DNA of 59,897 nt, counting the filler. It is 4 parts of 4 records of this genome, joined end to end, with 100 filler letters (N's around TTAATTAATTAA, not from the genome) between each part and the next. Parts side by side here need not be neighbours in the genome. Positions count along the whole stretch, not along the records: positions 32,548 to 54,167 come from SRR31156797_2826; positions 54,268 to 59,897 come from SRR31156797_2840; 2 more parts are not named here. The stretch is one strand, 5' to 3'. Positions within the stretch are counted from its first letter, which is position 1. The number at the start of each line of letters is the position of its first letter. The translations under genes were made by a program, and so were the position numbers. Positions 50,734 to 59,897 of this stretch are shown here, one piece after another. The notes under the pieces were generated by a model. It was not told the origin of the DNA. It searched no databases and saw only the letters and a list, made by a program, of their open reading frames with translations.

Positions 50734-51981
50734 TTACATATTTACACAATTAGCCGGCTCTTTACCAGCGGCAATTTCGGCAACCATGTCGTATTCCGAT
50801 CGGATGACCTGCATTAATTGAGAAAAAACCAACTGGTGCGTCGACAAATGTTCCAGAATGTCCATTATCTGGTGTTTGCCAAGAGCAGGACGATGAGGCC
50901 GGTCCTGAATCAGGGCCTGAATGATGTCCGATAGCTGAACGATGGTGTTTTCCAGGGTAAAGCTGTCTCGGGTAATGTGGAACGGGTACCCGGATCCGTC
51001 CGGTTTTTCATGATGAAATGACGCCCAGTCGCGTATGTCTTCCAGGGCGGGAATATGTGAAAGTATGTAGTAGGTTTCGTAGGGATGGCGCTTGATTATC
51101 TGGAATTCTTCTGTTGTCAAAAAGGAAGGTTTTTCAAGTATTTCATCAGGTACGGCAAGCTTGCCCAAATCATGGAACAGGCCGGCGATGCGAAGCTTCT
51201 TTACTGTTGTTTCAGGCAAACCCATGCTCGCCGCGAAAAAGTGGCATAAACGGGCCACTCCCTCTGAATGGCCTATTGTAAATGGGCTTTTATTATCAAC
51301 TATGGTGGCGAAAATGGAGGCGATTGTCTCAAGCTCGGCCAGATCCAGGTTCCGGCATGCCTCCGGTTGATACCTGGCCAGGGCGCCTGGAAGGTGCCTG
51401 GAATAAAGACTCAGCCAAAAAACCTCGATTACGGACTTATTTAAAAAAATATCAACAATCTCGGGCTTGAAAAATGAACCGGAAAGGGCTTCGATTTGCT
51501 CTTCGATCTTTTTTCTATTAAGGATCAATTCCGTTTTCCAGTCAAGAAGCGCATCAATGCGGTCGGCTATGAAAAGTATGTTGGCCATTAATGCCGTTCG
51601 GGAGTCCAACTGCAAATCCTTGAGCTTTTCCCACTTGGTATGATGATGCAAAACGATTTTGGCCGATCTGTCGAAATATGGAAAAATCCTTAATAAATCA
51701 GCGCCTTCTCGGCAGTGCTCCCCCGCCCCCTTCCAATCAAGTTGTAAAAGCGATTTATGGGTGTGGGTGCGAGAAACCCCGGCGTCGTGTAATAGGGCTG
51801 CTGTTCGAAGATCTTCAATTTCACCCGGATTTAAATCCAACTCTTCGGCAATGCTCATGGCTACAAACGCGACTCTTTTGCCATGATGGACTATTTTTCC
51901 GCCGACCAGCCCTAATGCTTCAGATAAAGCAATGACAAGGTCATGAAGATTTACTTGAAATGCATTTCCCTGGTCAGGCAT
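50734..51981 (-). CDS. Tandem HD / HD-GYP phosphodiesterase
   Basis: LLHDAG, FHDLGK, HHEKPDGSGYP. Confidence 0.88.
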   Translation of the reverse strand: MPDQGNAFQVNLHDLVIALSEALGLVGGKIVHHGKRVAFVAMSIAEELDLNPGEIEDLRTAALLHDAGVSRTHTHKSLLQLDWKGAGEHCREGADLLRIFPYFDRSAKIVLHHHTKWEKLKDLQLDSRTALMANILFIADRIDALLDWKTELILNRKKIEEQIEALSGSFFKPEIVDIFLNKSVIEVFWLSLYSRHLPGALARYQPEACRNLDLAELETIASIFATIVDNKSPFTIGHSEGVARLCHFFAASMGLPETTVKKLRIAGLFHDLGKLAVPDEILEKPSFLTTEEFQIIKRHPYETYYILSHIPALEDIRDWASFHHEKPDGSGYPFHITRDSFTLENTIVQLSDIIQALIQDRPHRPALGKHQIMDILEHLSTHQLVFSQLMQVIRSEYDMVAEIAAGKEPANCVNM

Positions 51982-52253
51982 TTTTCTATTCTGTCTTACG
52001 CCCCTCGGTGATAATGGTTGGTTTATTACCCTTTAAGTTGTTAAGTTTATAATAATATGCTTTGATTATCAAGGAAAATCAGGCCGCTATGAATAAGGTC
52101 CAGGCGCTCCCCCCGGCTTTGCCCAAGGCTTGCCAATAACCGCGGCCGACATGATAAATGGCGGATGTCGTCGTATACACTTAACTATCTTGCAATTTGC
52201 ATGGGCTATGAATTAATATTTCTTTTGAACACCATCTAACAGGTTGGGTCGCT

Positions 52254-53309
52254 GTGGATAAAAAAGATATCAAAATACTGATCGTCAACGATAAAATAGA
52301 CCTGAGGAATATAATCCGCGATTACCTGAGGCAGGACGGGTATTCGAATCTGACAGTATCGGAAAACGGCAAGTCGGCTTTTCGTAAAGCCAAATCCGAA
52401 AAAATCGACATGATAGTCGCTGATTACGATATACCGGAATTAAGCGGTCTGGACCTGCTCAAGGCAATCAGAAATGATAATCTCACCTCCGAAATGCCTT
52501 TTATTCTTATTTCTTCGGAAACTCAGCAAAAACACGTGGCCCTGGCCGCTGAAAAAAAGGTTGATGCATACATTGTCAAGCCTTTCTCTTATCAGACCCT
52601 TTCAGATAAGGTTGATTACCTTTTAAGGAAAATTTTGAAGCCTTCGGACAGCGACATTCACTATCGAGATGCCAATCGTCTGGCAGGGTCGGGCTTGCTG
52701 GAGGAAGCCCTTGAAAAATATCGCCAGGCCATGGATGCATCCCAGAACGCCATGGCGGCCATACATTACAAGGTCGGCCGTATTCACGAACAAATGCAGA
52801 TGATTGACACGGCTGAATCTGATTACCATGAAGCAATCGCCATGAGCGACGTCCTTGTGGAAGCCCACGATGCTCTGGGTGAAATTTGCCTGCAAAAGGG
52901 CGATTCCGCCGATGCATTGGGTTACTTCAAACGCAGTTCGGAAATCAGTCCGCTCAATGCAAGCCGCCAAATGAACCTCGGAGAAGCAAGGTATTCCACC
53001 GGAGATTTCGAAGGCGCTGAAAAGGCATTTAAACTGGCCCTGGAACTCGACCCCACCAAAACGCATCTCTTTAACCATCTCGGTGTAAGTATGCGCCGGC
53101 AAGGAAAACTGGAAGAAGCACTGGAATACTTGATCAGGGCCGCGGAAATCGCCAGTGACGACGAAAACCTGTTTTATAACATCAGCCGCGTCTACATGGA
53201 TCTTGGAGATGCCGAAGAGGCAAAAAAATATTTAAATAAAGCTCTTGGGTTGAATCCCCATATGGAAGAAGCCAGGGGTTTACTCGATCGGATAAGAGAA
53301 AAAGCATAA
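52254..53309 (+). CDS. Response regulator receiver with TPR repeats
   Basis: REC (ADYDIPELSG, VKPF) followed by several TPRs. Confidence 0.85.
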   Translation: MDKKDIKILIVNDKIDLRNIIRDYLRQDGYSNLTVSENGKSAFRKAKSEKIDMIVADYDIPELSGLDLLKAIRNDNLTSEMPFILISSETQQKHVALAAEKKVDAYIVKPFSYQTLSDKVDYLLRKILKPSDSDIHYRDANRLAGSGLLEEALEKYRQAMDASQNAMAAIHYKVGRIHEQMQMIDTAESDYHEAIAMSDVLVEAHDALGEICLQKGDSADALGYFKRSSEISPLNASRQMNLGEARYSTGDFEGAEKAFKLALELDPTKTHLFNHLGVSMRRQGKLEEALEYLIRAAEIASDDENLFYNISRVYMDLGDAEEAKKYLNKALGLNPHMEEARGLLDRIREKA

Positions 53310-54167
53310 TGGTTAAGGTTACAGAAGGAGATTTGGTTTATCTGCAGCAGCCGGATATGGAAGATCCTGTTATTATTGCCGGATTTTCCGGTTGGGCAAA
53401 CTCGGGCGAAGTAGCCGACGGAGTTCTGGAATACTTGATAGAGAGCTTTTTGGTGAAGCCTCTGGCCTCGCTGACAATGGAAAAGTATGTTGATTACATG
53501 GAAAACAGGCCGGTAGTCGATATCAGTGAGGGAAGACTGCTGGATCTGGAGTTACCTGATGCAAAGTTTTTTTATGTCGGGACAAAAAAAGGGGAGCCCG
53601 ACCTGATTCTGTTTACATCGCCGGAGCCAAAATTCAAATGGGTTGAATTCTGCGAATCCGTATTTAGCCTTGCGCTAAAAATGGGAGTTAAACGTATATT
53701 CACCATTGGCGGCACATATGATTATGCGCCTCATTGGCTTGAACCGTCCGTGTCCGCGGTCTATTCGGATAATTGTCCTCAAAGTCTTATTGATACGGTA
53801 AATGAATTGGCGGGAAAAGCCGAGTACCAGGGCCCGATCAGCATCCATACAATGTTGATGAAACAATCTGCCGAATATGATCTTTCGGTAGTCGGATTAT
53901 GGGGGCATGCACCAGTTTACATTCAAACAGGCAACTTGAAACTGCATTATCGTATAGTTGAAATATTAAAAAAAGCTATAAATCTGTCATTCGGCATCAA
54001 TGATTTGCTCATGGCTTCCATGGAAATGGACAAGCGTATTGATGAAATGATCGAAAACGATCCCAAGTTGAAGAACTATTTAAAAGAATTAAACGACGAA
54101 TTTCCGCAGCCGCCAAAACCTAAGGAAAGTCAGTCAAAAGTGAAAAAACCCAGTGAAGACTCAGAGA
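53309..54167 (+). CDS. PAC2 family protein (3' truncated)
   Basis: IAGFSGWAN, EYQGP, LWGHAPVY. Confidence 0.8.
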
Positions 54168-54267
54168 NNNNNNNNNNNNNNNNNNNNNNNNNNNNNNNNN
54201 NNNNNNNNNNNTTAATTAATTAANNNNNNNNNNNNNNNNNNNNNNNNNNNNNNNNNNNNNNNNNNNN
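54168..54267. other. Artificial contig spacer
   Basis: N run with TTAATTAATTAA. Confidence 0.98.
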
Positions 54268-54269
54268 AA

Positions 54270-54734
54270 ATTCAGGCTTCGGCTGGGAATGATGCAAATA
54301 TCAAGCTCTTGTCTTTACCCGAGGGAATTCTCCATTCCTGCCTTTACGATCGGTCCATAGTGGATCAGGGAACAGCGGCCAAAAACTATCGCATCAAGGG
54401 GCTTCAGACTTTTACGCAGCCCTGCGGCTCGCCCAAACCGGACGGCGCGGTCTGTACGTGCGACTGCATCGCGGTATCATCCACATACCAGGGAACCAAA
54501 ACTGTCTGCACCTGCGATACAATTACCGTGTCGGACGGAAACCCGATCCCGTCCGGCAGCGTTTGCACGTGCAACGTAATAAATGTCGGAACCAAAGCCA
54601 AGGTCGTTCCCCTGGGTCATAAAAGGCGGTATACCGGCACGACGTGCACCTGCGACACTATCTGCACATGCAATACGGTTTGCAGTTGCGTGGGACACAC
54701 AATCACTACCGGTCATTATTGGCGTCCGAATTGA
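54270..54734 (+). CDS. 5'-truncated protein: WD40-like repeat end plus Cys-rich CxC-repeat tail (putative rSAM substrate)
   Basis: Frame is open from the contig edge (IQASAGNDANIKLLSLPEG...); six C-[TS]-C motifs, 15 Cys, ends HYWRPN. Confidence 0.8.
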   Translation: MQASAGNDANIKLLSLPEGILHSCLYDRSIVDQGTAAKNYRIKGLQTFTQPCGSPKPDGAVCTCDCIAVSSTYQGTKTVCTCDTITVSDGNPIPSGSVCTCNVINVGTKAKVVPLGHKRRYTGTTCTCDTICTCNTVCSCVGHTITTGHYWRPN

Positions 54735-54778
54735 TCAGATCCGGCAAGTATGTTTTTAAGGAAGATGAGTTGGCGACC

Positions 54779-55063
54779 ATGCCCGGCGACAATAATTATT
54801 ATCAGTGCCCTCCGCATATTTCCTGGTGCGTGGAAAAGTCAGGGTTGATTCTCATCAACGGTAATTCCGGGGCGTCCTATTGGTTGGGATATCCGGAAGC
54901 GGCTGCCTGGGATCTTTTATCCCGTGGATATAAATATGAATCGGTATTGAAGATGTTAAGATTTGTCGCGGCCATGGACGCCAGGACCGGCGAACCATTC
55001 CTACATGACCTCTTAAAGGAGTGGCTGGAAAAAGGCTTGATTCTAATCAGAGAAATAGCATGA
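54779..55063 (+). CDS. PqqD/RRE-like protein
   Basis: 94 aa; predicted strands then helices (LILIN..SYWLG.PEAAAWDLL..LKEWLEKGLI); ATGA overlap with the next gene; start could be a few codons earlier. Confidence 0.7.
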   Translation: MPGDNNYYQCPPHISWCVEKSGLILINGNSGASYWLGYPEAAAWDLLSRGYKYESVLKMLRFVAAMDARTGEPFLHDLLKEWLEKGLILIREIA

Positions 55064-57057
55064 GTAATATTTCGTTAACGTCCGCATGCAACCGGAATTG
55101 TCCTTACTGCTTCACTCTTTCGGTGTATTCGGGGGCTGGTAACGAATCGGGCCATATGCCGCTTTCACTGTTTAATCGTGTTTTAGATTACCTGGAACGT
55201 TCGAATATAAACCAGGCTTCTCTACTGGGCGGGGAGCCGACGCTGCATCCTGAATTTTCCTTATTAGTGGATCGGGCATTGGAGCGCGGCTTTGATTTAC
55301 TGGTGTTTTCCAACGGCCTGATGCCTCGAGAAAGCATTGAATGCCTGGAGGAAATCGGTCCGGAAAAGCTGACGGTTCTTTTAAATGCAACGGACCAGGA
55401 GTCGCTTCGGCCCGAAGATAAAAAGCGGGTTGAAGAAACAATGGAGCGATTAGGTTCGAGGGTAATGCTAGGGTTGAATATATATTCGACTCTGGTTCCT
55501 CTTGAAAGACTGCTCCAGCATATTAGAGATTTTCAGCTTAAGCCCGCCATCCGCCTGGGTCTGGCCCATCCCTGTCTTTCTCAAGCCGCAGCGGGAAATA
55601 ATAGATATTTGGCGCCGCGCAATTACCCCCTGGTCGGACGCAACATTTTTTCTTATTCCGCATTGCTTGATGAAATAGGCGTCAGCCTTGAATTTGATTG
55701 CGGATTTGTACCATGCATGTTTCCGGATGAAGCAGCCGACATGTTGGCCTCGTCGATGGATAATATCGGAACCCGCTGCAACCCGATACTTGATATCCTG
55801 CCTGATGGAAATGTAATATCCTGCTTCCCCTTGTCCGAATTCGGCCGGGTCCATCTCGACTCCACCTGTGACGCCGATCAACTAAGGAAATGGTTTGAGG
55901 AAAAACAGGAGTCTTATAGAAAAGTCGGCATATATCCGGAGTGTTCCAGTTGCGTGTTGAAGCAGGAAGGAAAATGCAATGGCGGCTGCCTGGCCTCGGC
56001 AATGAAAAGATTGCATCACGGACCTTTTCATTTTGAGGCGCGGACCAAAGGGAAAGCTGGTATTGTAGAACAGGTTGAGACGCAAAAGGATAAAGTAAAC
56101 ATTGATAGGGAAAGGCGATCGAGTCGGCCGCAATGGGCGATTCCCTATATAGACCAGCCGGCATCCTTCTGGGAAGACATTGCCCAACGCTTTGGAAAAG
56201 ACATCAGGGAAGTATATCTTCCCCTGCCCGGCAGTGTTGTCGGATCCGGGCGGCCGGTCCAGCCGGATTCCAGAGTGGAAGAATTCCTGGCCCATGCGCC
56301 CCTGGATTGGTCGGTGCTCATCAATCCGATCGTTTTACCGAGACCGGCTGAAGAACTGGCGCCGGAGGTCATTTCGGCTTTAAAGCGTCTTATTGATAAA
56401 AAAGGATTCCAGGGCGTCACTGTATCCAATCTTGATTTGGCAAAAAATATACGGGCGGCTTTGCCGGAAATATCGATAACCGCATCAGTGCTGATGGACG
56501 TATTCAATCCCAACCAGGTTTTTATGCTGGACGGCGTCTGCGACTGCCTGGTTTCGGCCAGTCGCATCATGCGCAACATTCCGGCCTTATCAGCTTTGCG
56601 CCAGGCCTTTACCGGCCGAATCAGGCTTATCGTAAACGAAGCGTGTCTGCCCCATTGTCCGTTTCGAATGCAGCACTTTTTTGAGATGAACGACGCTTCA
56701 ATAAAGAACCCAAATTCTCTATGCAACAGCTTATTGGATCGATATCCATGGATGCGGTTGACCGGCGCCTGGGTGCTGCCTCAGCATTTACATCTGTACG
56801 AAGATACATACGATGAGCTAAAAATAGCCGGCCGGATTACCTTGCAGAATCCGGATCGCTATTTCCATGTTCTGGATGCATATATCAAGCGTCGGCCTTT
56901 AACTCCAGACCTGATCGGCGGCGGCCCGGCTTCGGTGTTGACCCCAATGGATATTGATGAGGAATTTTTTAAAAAAACCCTGTACTGCGACCGACAATGC
57001 CACAATTGCACCCTTTGCCGTGATTACCATCAACTGCAAATCAGCCAAGCAATATGA
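55060..57057 (+). CDS. Radical SAM/SPASM protein fused to a U32-family domain
   Basis: CNRNCPYC, GGEP, SPASM C..DGNVISC..CSSC.CNGGC; C-terminal domain from about 56134 with NEACLPHC, LKIAGR, CDRQCHNCTLC. Confidence 0.82.
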   Translation: MSNISLTSACNRNCPYCFTLSVYSGAGNESGHMPLSLFNRVLDYLERSNINQASLLGGEPTLHPEFSLLVDRALERGFDLLVFSNGLMPRESIECLEEIGPEKLTVLLNATDQESLRPEDKKRVEETMERLGSRVMLGLNIYSTLVPLERLLQHIRDFQLKPAIRLGLAHPCLSQAAAGNNRYLAPRNYPLVGRNIFSYSALLDEIGVSLEFDCGFVPCMFPDEAADMLASSMDNIGTRCNPILDILPDGNVISCFPLSEFGRVHLDSTCDADQLRKWFEEKQESYRKVGIYPECSSCVLKQEGKCNGGCLASAMKRLHHGPFHFEARTKGKAGIVEQVETQKDKVNIDRERRSSRPQWAIPYIDQPASFWEDIAQRFGKDIREVYLPLPGSVVGSGRPVQPDSRVEEFLAHAPLDWSVLINPIVLPRPAEELAPEVISALKRLIDKKGFQGVTVSNLDLAKNIRAALPEISITASVLMDVFNPNQVFMLDGVCDCLVSASRIMRNIPALSALRQAFTGRIRLIVNEACLPHCPFRMQHFFEMNDASIKNPNSLCNSLLDRYPWMRLTGAWVLPQHLHLYEDTYDELKIAGRITLQNPDRYFHVLDAYIKRRPLTPDLIGGGPASVLTPMDIDEEFFKKTLYCDRQCHNCTLCRDYHQLQISQAI

Positions 57058-59861
57058 CGGCGGACAATTCATCAAAGAAATTTAGAGGCTTCACCAAGTC
57101 ACATCCGGACTTGCCGATTTTTCGTATCGATTCATCTGAAAACAGCGTTCTTTACACGCCGGGCAAACTGGCTGTTCTTGAGCCGATAGATGCTGATGCG
57201 GTTGAATCATATTGGCGAAACAGGAAGAGTCCGCACAAGGGAAGTGTTGCTTTGCCTGTTGCCGGGTGGATGGAAGAGCACGCCCACAAGGCCGTGGAAA
57301 AAAGCGAGTCCATGCTTTCCGAACCTTACCTGCCTGAATGCCTGACCGTTTGCCTAAGCAGCCAATGCAACCTTGGCTGTGCATATTGCTATTCGACCGT
57401 TAATATGGTTCATGGAACAGGCCGGATAAATTGCGGGCCCGAAGTGATTGATGTATCCGTTGTTCGGGCTGCTTCCTTAATAGTTGCGGAAAACTGCGTA
57501 AAGAAAAACCTGCCTTTTCATCTGGTCCTGCATGGGGGCGGAGAGCCTTCGATGCACTGGGAGCTTATTCAGGAAATTGTCTCTTCGACCAAATCGATTG
57601 CCAGAGATTGCACCCTGGATTGGTTCGGTTACATTGCGACCAATGGACTTTTAAGTGTAAAGCAGGCTGAATGGCTGGCCGCCAACTTCACGCGGGTCGG
57701 CTTATCCTGCGACGGGCCGCCGGATATTCAAAATAAACAACGCCCCTTGAAAACAGGCGGCTCGTCATCCCGGATTGTCGAGCGGACAGCGCGTATCATT
57801 GTAGACAGGCTTGGGGACCTGATTATAAGGGCCACAATTACGCCCGGTTCGTTCATGGGCCAGGAAGAAACAGCTGAATACTTTGTGAATGCCTTAGGAG
57901 CGACGGAAATAGTCTTTGAACCGGTATATGGGTTTGGCGAGGAAGGCGGCGGATTCCATCACGGTCTGGCCGATGAGTTCACCCGGTTTTATATGGATGC
58001 ATATAAAAAGGTCGAAAAACTTGGTTGCTCGTTGTCATTTTCGGGCGTCCGCCTCGACGAGCTTCACGGACCATATTGCGATCCTTTAAGAAACGTTCTT
58101 CGCCTTATGCCGGATGGATCGGCGTCAGCTTGTTTCTTGCCGGCCCAGGGGCATCATCTTTCTCTCAACCAACTTACTATCGGCGGCATGAACACTGATT
58201 CAGGCCTGTTCACGCTGGACCAGGACAAGATTACGGCCCACAGGCGTTTGGCCATGACATTGCCGGCCTCCTGCAGGGACTGCATTAATATTTACCATTG
58301 CACGTTCGGCTGCCCCGAACAATGCCCTGTTTCAAATTCGGAATTTAATGCAAAAGCAATTGTCGGGGAAGAGCAAAGTTTCCGGTGCGTGTTACATCAG
58401 CAGTTGAGCCGTGAACTGATTCTAAGGGCGGCCTCGCAAATGATTGAAGCACAAAACGCGGAAGTCATTTTGTCATCTAGGGAAACGGAATCTGAAGAAA
58501 AGCGCTTGTTGTCTTATTTATCACCGGCCCCGCCCCAGGTTGACCAACAAGCGATCATCAGGGAGTATCGGGCCTTAACAGGGAAATACAACGTTCATCA
58601 ATACAAGCCTCCCGGCCCCGGTTGGGAAGATGCCGGATTCATTCACAACGGCCCCCAAGCCTGGGATGAAATCATTAAATTGAATAACCAGAGTATGGCT
58701 GGGCGTCCCATGTCCATTTACATTCACATTCCCTTTTGCGATCAGCTTTGCGGTTTTTGCGATTGTTATTCCCTGCCCAAGGGAAGAAATTGGGAGAAAC
58801 GAGAGGATTCGTTTACGAGGGCTTTGGTTAATGAAATTGATGCCTGGGGGCGGATCGGCGAAATAGGGAACAAGCCGGTAACGACGATTCACTTTGGGGG
58901 CGGGACTCCAAACTGTCTGAGTAATGAAGCTTTCGATAGAATTCTTAAAGCGCTGAACAGATGGTTCCAAACCACGAATGAAACCGAATGGGCTGTTGAA
59001 ATCACGAGCCGCCTGCTAACGGAAAACTTTCTGATGCGCCTGCACCAATGGGGAATAACCCGTTTGCATGTTGGGGTTCAATCCCTGAATGATTCCGTGC
59101 GCAGAAAAGCAGGCAGGCTGGATGAGCCCGATGAAGTTTTGGCAAAGATAAAAATAGCCGACCAAGCGGGATTTCTGGTTAGTGTTGATGTTATATACGG
59201 CTTGCCCGGCCAAACCATGGAAGATGTTTTCGAAACGCTGACAAAGCTGAATGCGCTCGATATTCCCGGCGTCTCAATGTACCGCTTTAATCTTTCACGG
59301 CGTAACAAATGGTTTGCCAAAAGGTGTAACAACTTTCAGCCGGACGCCTTGTATGATTATGCCCTGCTGCAGGTCGTGGAGCAGATGCTTTCAGGGTTCA
59401 ACTATTTCAAACAGTATTTCAATCATTACGCCAGGGCGGAGGATCGCAATCTGTATTTTACTTATCCGCAAAGAGGGGAAGATTTACTGGCTGTCGGACC
59501 CACGGCGGACGGCGTTTTCGGCGACTACATGTATCGCCATCCCGGCTATGGGGCTTATATGAAAAATGAGGGCGACAGGCAAAACCCTGTTTCACTGCAA
59601 GGCGGCGCCTATAAACCTGCTTGGGAAGCGGCAGCCAAACCTGTTCTAACAGGCCTCAATTCCGGCTGTATAAGCCGGAAAGTAATAGAGGATTGCGGCC
59701 TGGATAATTTAATGAAAAGGTGGATTGAATGCGAACTGCTCCTCGAGAATCCTCATGATGACAATATGATCTTAACAGCCAACGGCACATGGCTGATTAA
59801 TGAGATGATTTTGGATGTCAGGCGGGTGCTTCAGGAAGACTTTGGGCGCCGGTGTGATTAG
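57054..59861 (+). CDS. Double radical SAM protein: rSAM/SPASM fused to a HemN/class C-like rSAM domain
   Basis: CNLGCAYC, GGGEP, TNG, CRDC..CTFGC; second domain YIHIPFCDQLCGFC, IHFGGGTP, GVQS, DVIYGLPGQ. Confidence 0.85.
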   Translation: MTADNSSKKFRGFTKSHPDLPIFRIDSSENSVLYTPGKLAVLEPIDADAVESYWRNRKSPHKGSVALPVAGWMEEHAHKAVEKSESMLSEPYLPECLTVCLSSQCNLGCAYCYSTVNMVHGTGRINCGPEVIDVSVVRAASLIVAENCVKKNLPFHLVLHGGGEPSMHWELIQEIVSSTKSIARDCTLDWFGYIATNGLLSVKQAEWLAANFTRVGLSCDGPPDIQNKQRPLKTGGSSSRIVERTARIIVDRLGDLIIRATITPGSFMGQEETAEYFVNALGATEIVFEPVYGFGEEGGGFHHGLADEFTRFYMDAYKKVEKLGCSLSFSGVRLDELHGPYCDPLRNVLRLMPDGSASACFLPAQGHHLSLNQLTIGGMNTDSGLFTLDQDKITAHRRLAMTLPASCRDCINIYHCTFGCPEQCPVSNSEFNAKAIVGEEQSFRCVLHQQLSRELILRAASQMIEAQNAEVILSSRETESEEKRLLSYLSPAPPQVDQQAIIREYRALTGKYNVHQYKPPGPGWEDAGFIHNGPQAWDEIIKLNNQSMAGRPMSIYIHIPFCDQLCGFCDCYSLPKGRNWEKREDSFTRALVNEIDAWGRIGEIGNKPVTTIHFGGGTPNCLSNEAFDRILKALNRWFQTTNETEWAVEITSRLLTENFLMRLHQWGITRLHVGVQSLNDSVRRKAGRLDEPDEVLAKIKIADQAGFLVSVDVIYGLPGQTMEDVFETLTKLNALDIPGVSMYRFNLSRRNKWFAKRCNNFQPDALYDYALLQVVEQMLSGFNYFKQYFNHYARAEDRNLYFTYPQRGEDLLAVGPTADGVFGDYMYRHPGYGAYMKNEGDRQNPVSLQGGAYKPAWEAAAKPVLTGLNSGCISRKVIEDCGLDNLMKRWIECELLLENPHDDNMILTANGTWLINEMILDVRRVLQEDFGRRCD

Positions 59862-59897
59862 AGGAATCGAGGCAGAGCCTCGAAGACATTGCGTTCC

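Noticed and set aside
54440-54695. Recurrent tgcacNtgc DNA repeats as a CRISPR or DGR template
   Set aside because: They simply encode the CTC peptide motifs with synonymous variation; no reverse transcriptase or spacer structure is present
54644-54778. His-rich N-terminal extension of the RRE ORF (MHLRHYLHMQY...)
   Set aside because: Alternate-frame reading of the Cys-repeat gene's 3' end
58709-59861. Calling the second rSAM domain hemN (heme biosynthesis)
   Set aside because: It is fused to a SPASM enzyme in a peptide-modification context with no hem genes nearby; family resemblance only
59866-59897. cgaggcagagcctcg hairpin after the last rSAM gene
   Set aside because: Looks like the start of a generic REP-type palindrome cut by the window end; not specific to the cluster

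Overview
The window is four unrelated contigs joined by 100-nt N spacers that carry TTAATTAATTAA (18420-18519, 32448-32547, 54168-54267), so adjacency across spacers means nothing. Contig 1 (1-18419, Desulfovibrionaceae-like) holds a 12-gene aromatic amino acid supra-operon (archaeal-type aroA'/aroB', pheA, aroA, tyrA, trpEGDCFBA), then amtB-glnK, MarR-MFS, two solute-binding proteins and a partial metK. The operon appears to have two unannotated ribosome-dependent attenuators. One is a 31-aa F/W/Y-rich leader peptide at the 5' end. The other is an internal Trp attenuator whose sensor is the Trp-Trp-Trp tail of the TyrA protein itself. Contig 2 (18520-32447, AT-rich, FCB-group-like) has housekeeping genes (tgt, tmk, lolCDE-like, lysS), a zincin/beta-propeller/Omp85 fusion and REP-rich intergenic DNA. 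Contig 3 (32548-54167, Desulfobacterota-like) has a lipoprotein glutaminase flanked by a ~100-bp direct repeat, a sigma54-driven orphan small ORF with palindromic enhancer sites, a frameshifted prfB, an apparently dead FHA-GAF-AAA+ regulator and an HcpR-type box. Contig 4 (54268-59897) is the most unusual: a RiPP-like radical SAM operon. It encodes a 5'-truncated, probably WD40-containing protein with a six-CxC tail ending HYWRPN, a PqqD/RRE-like protein, an rSAM-SPASM/U32 fusion and an rSAM-SPASM/HemN-like double radical SAM fusion. Taxonomic assignments are inferences, and novelty could not be checked against databases.
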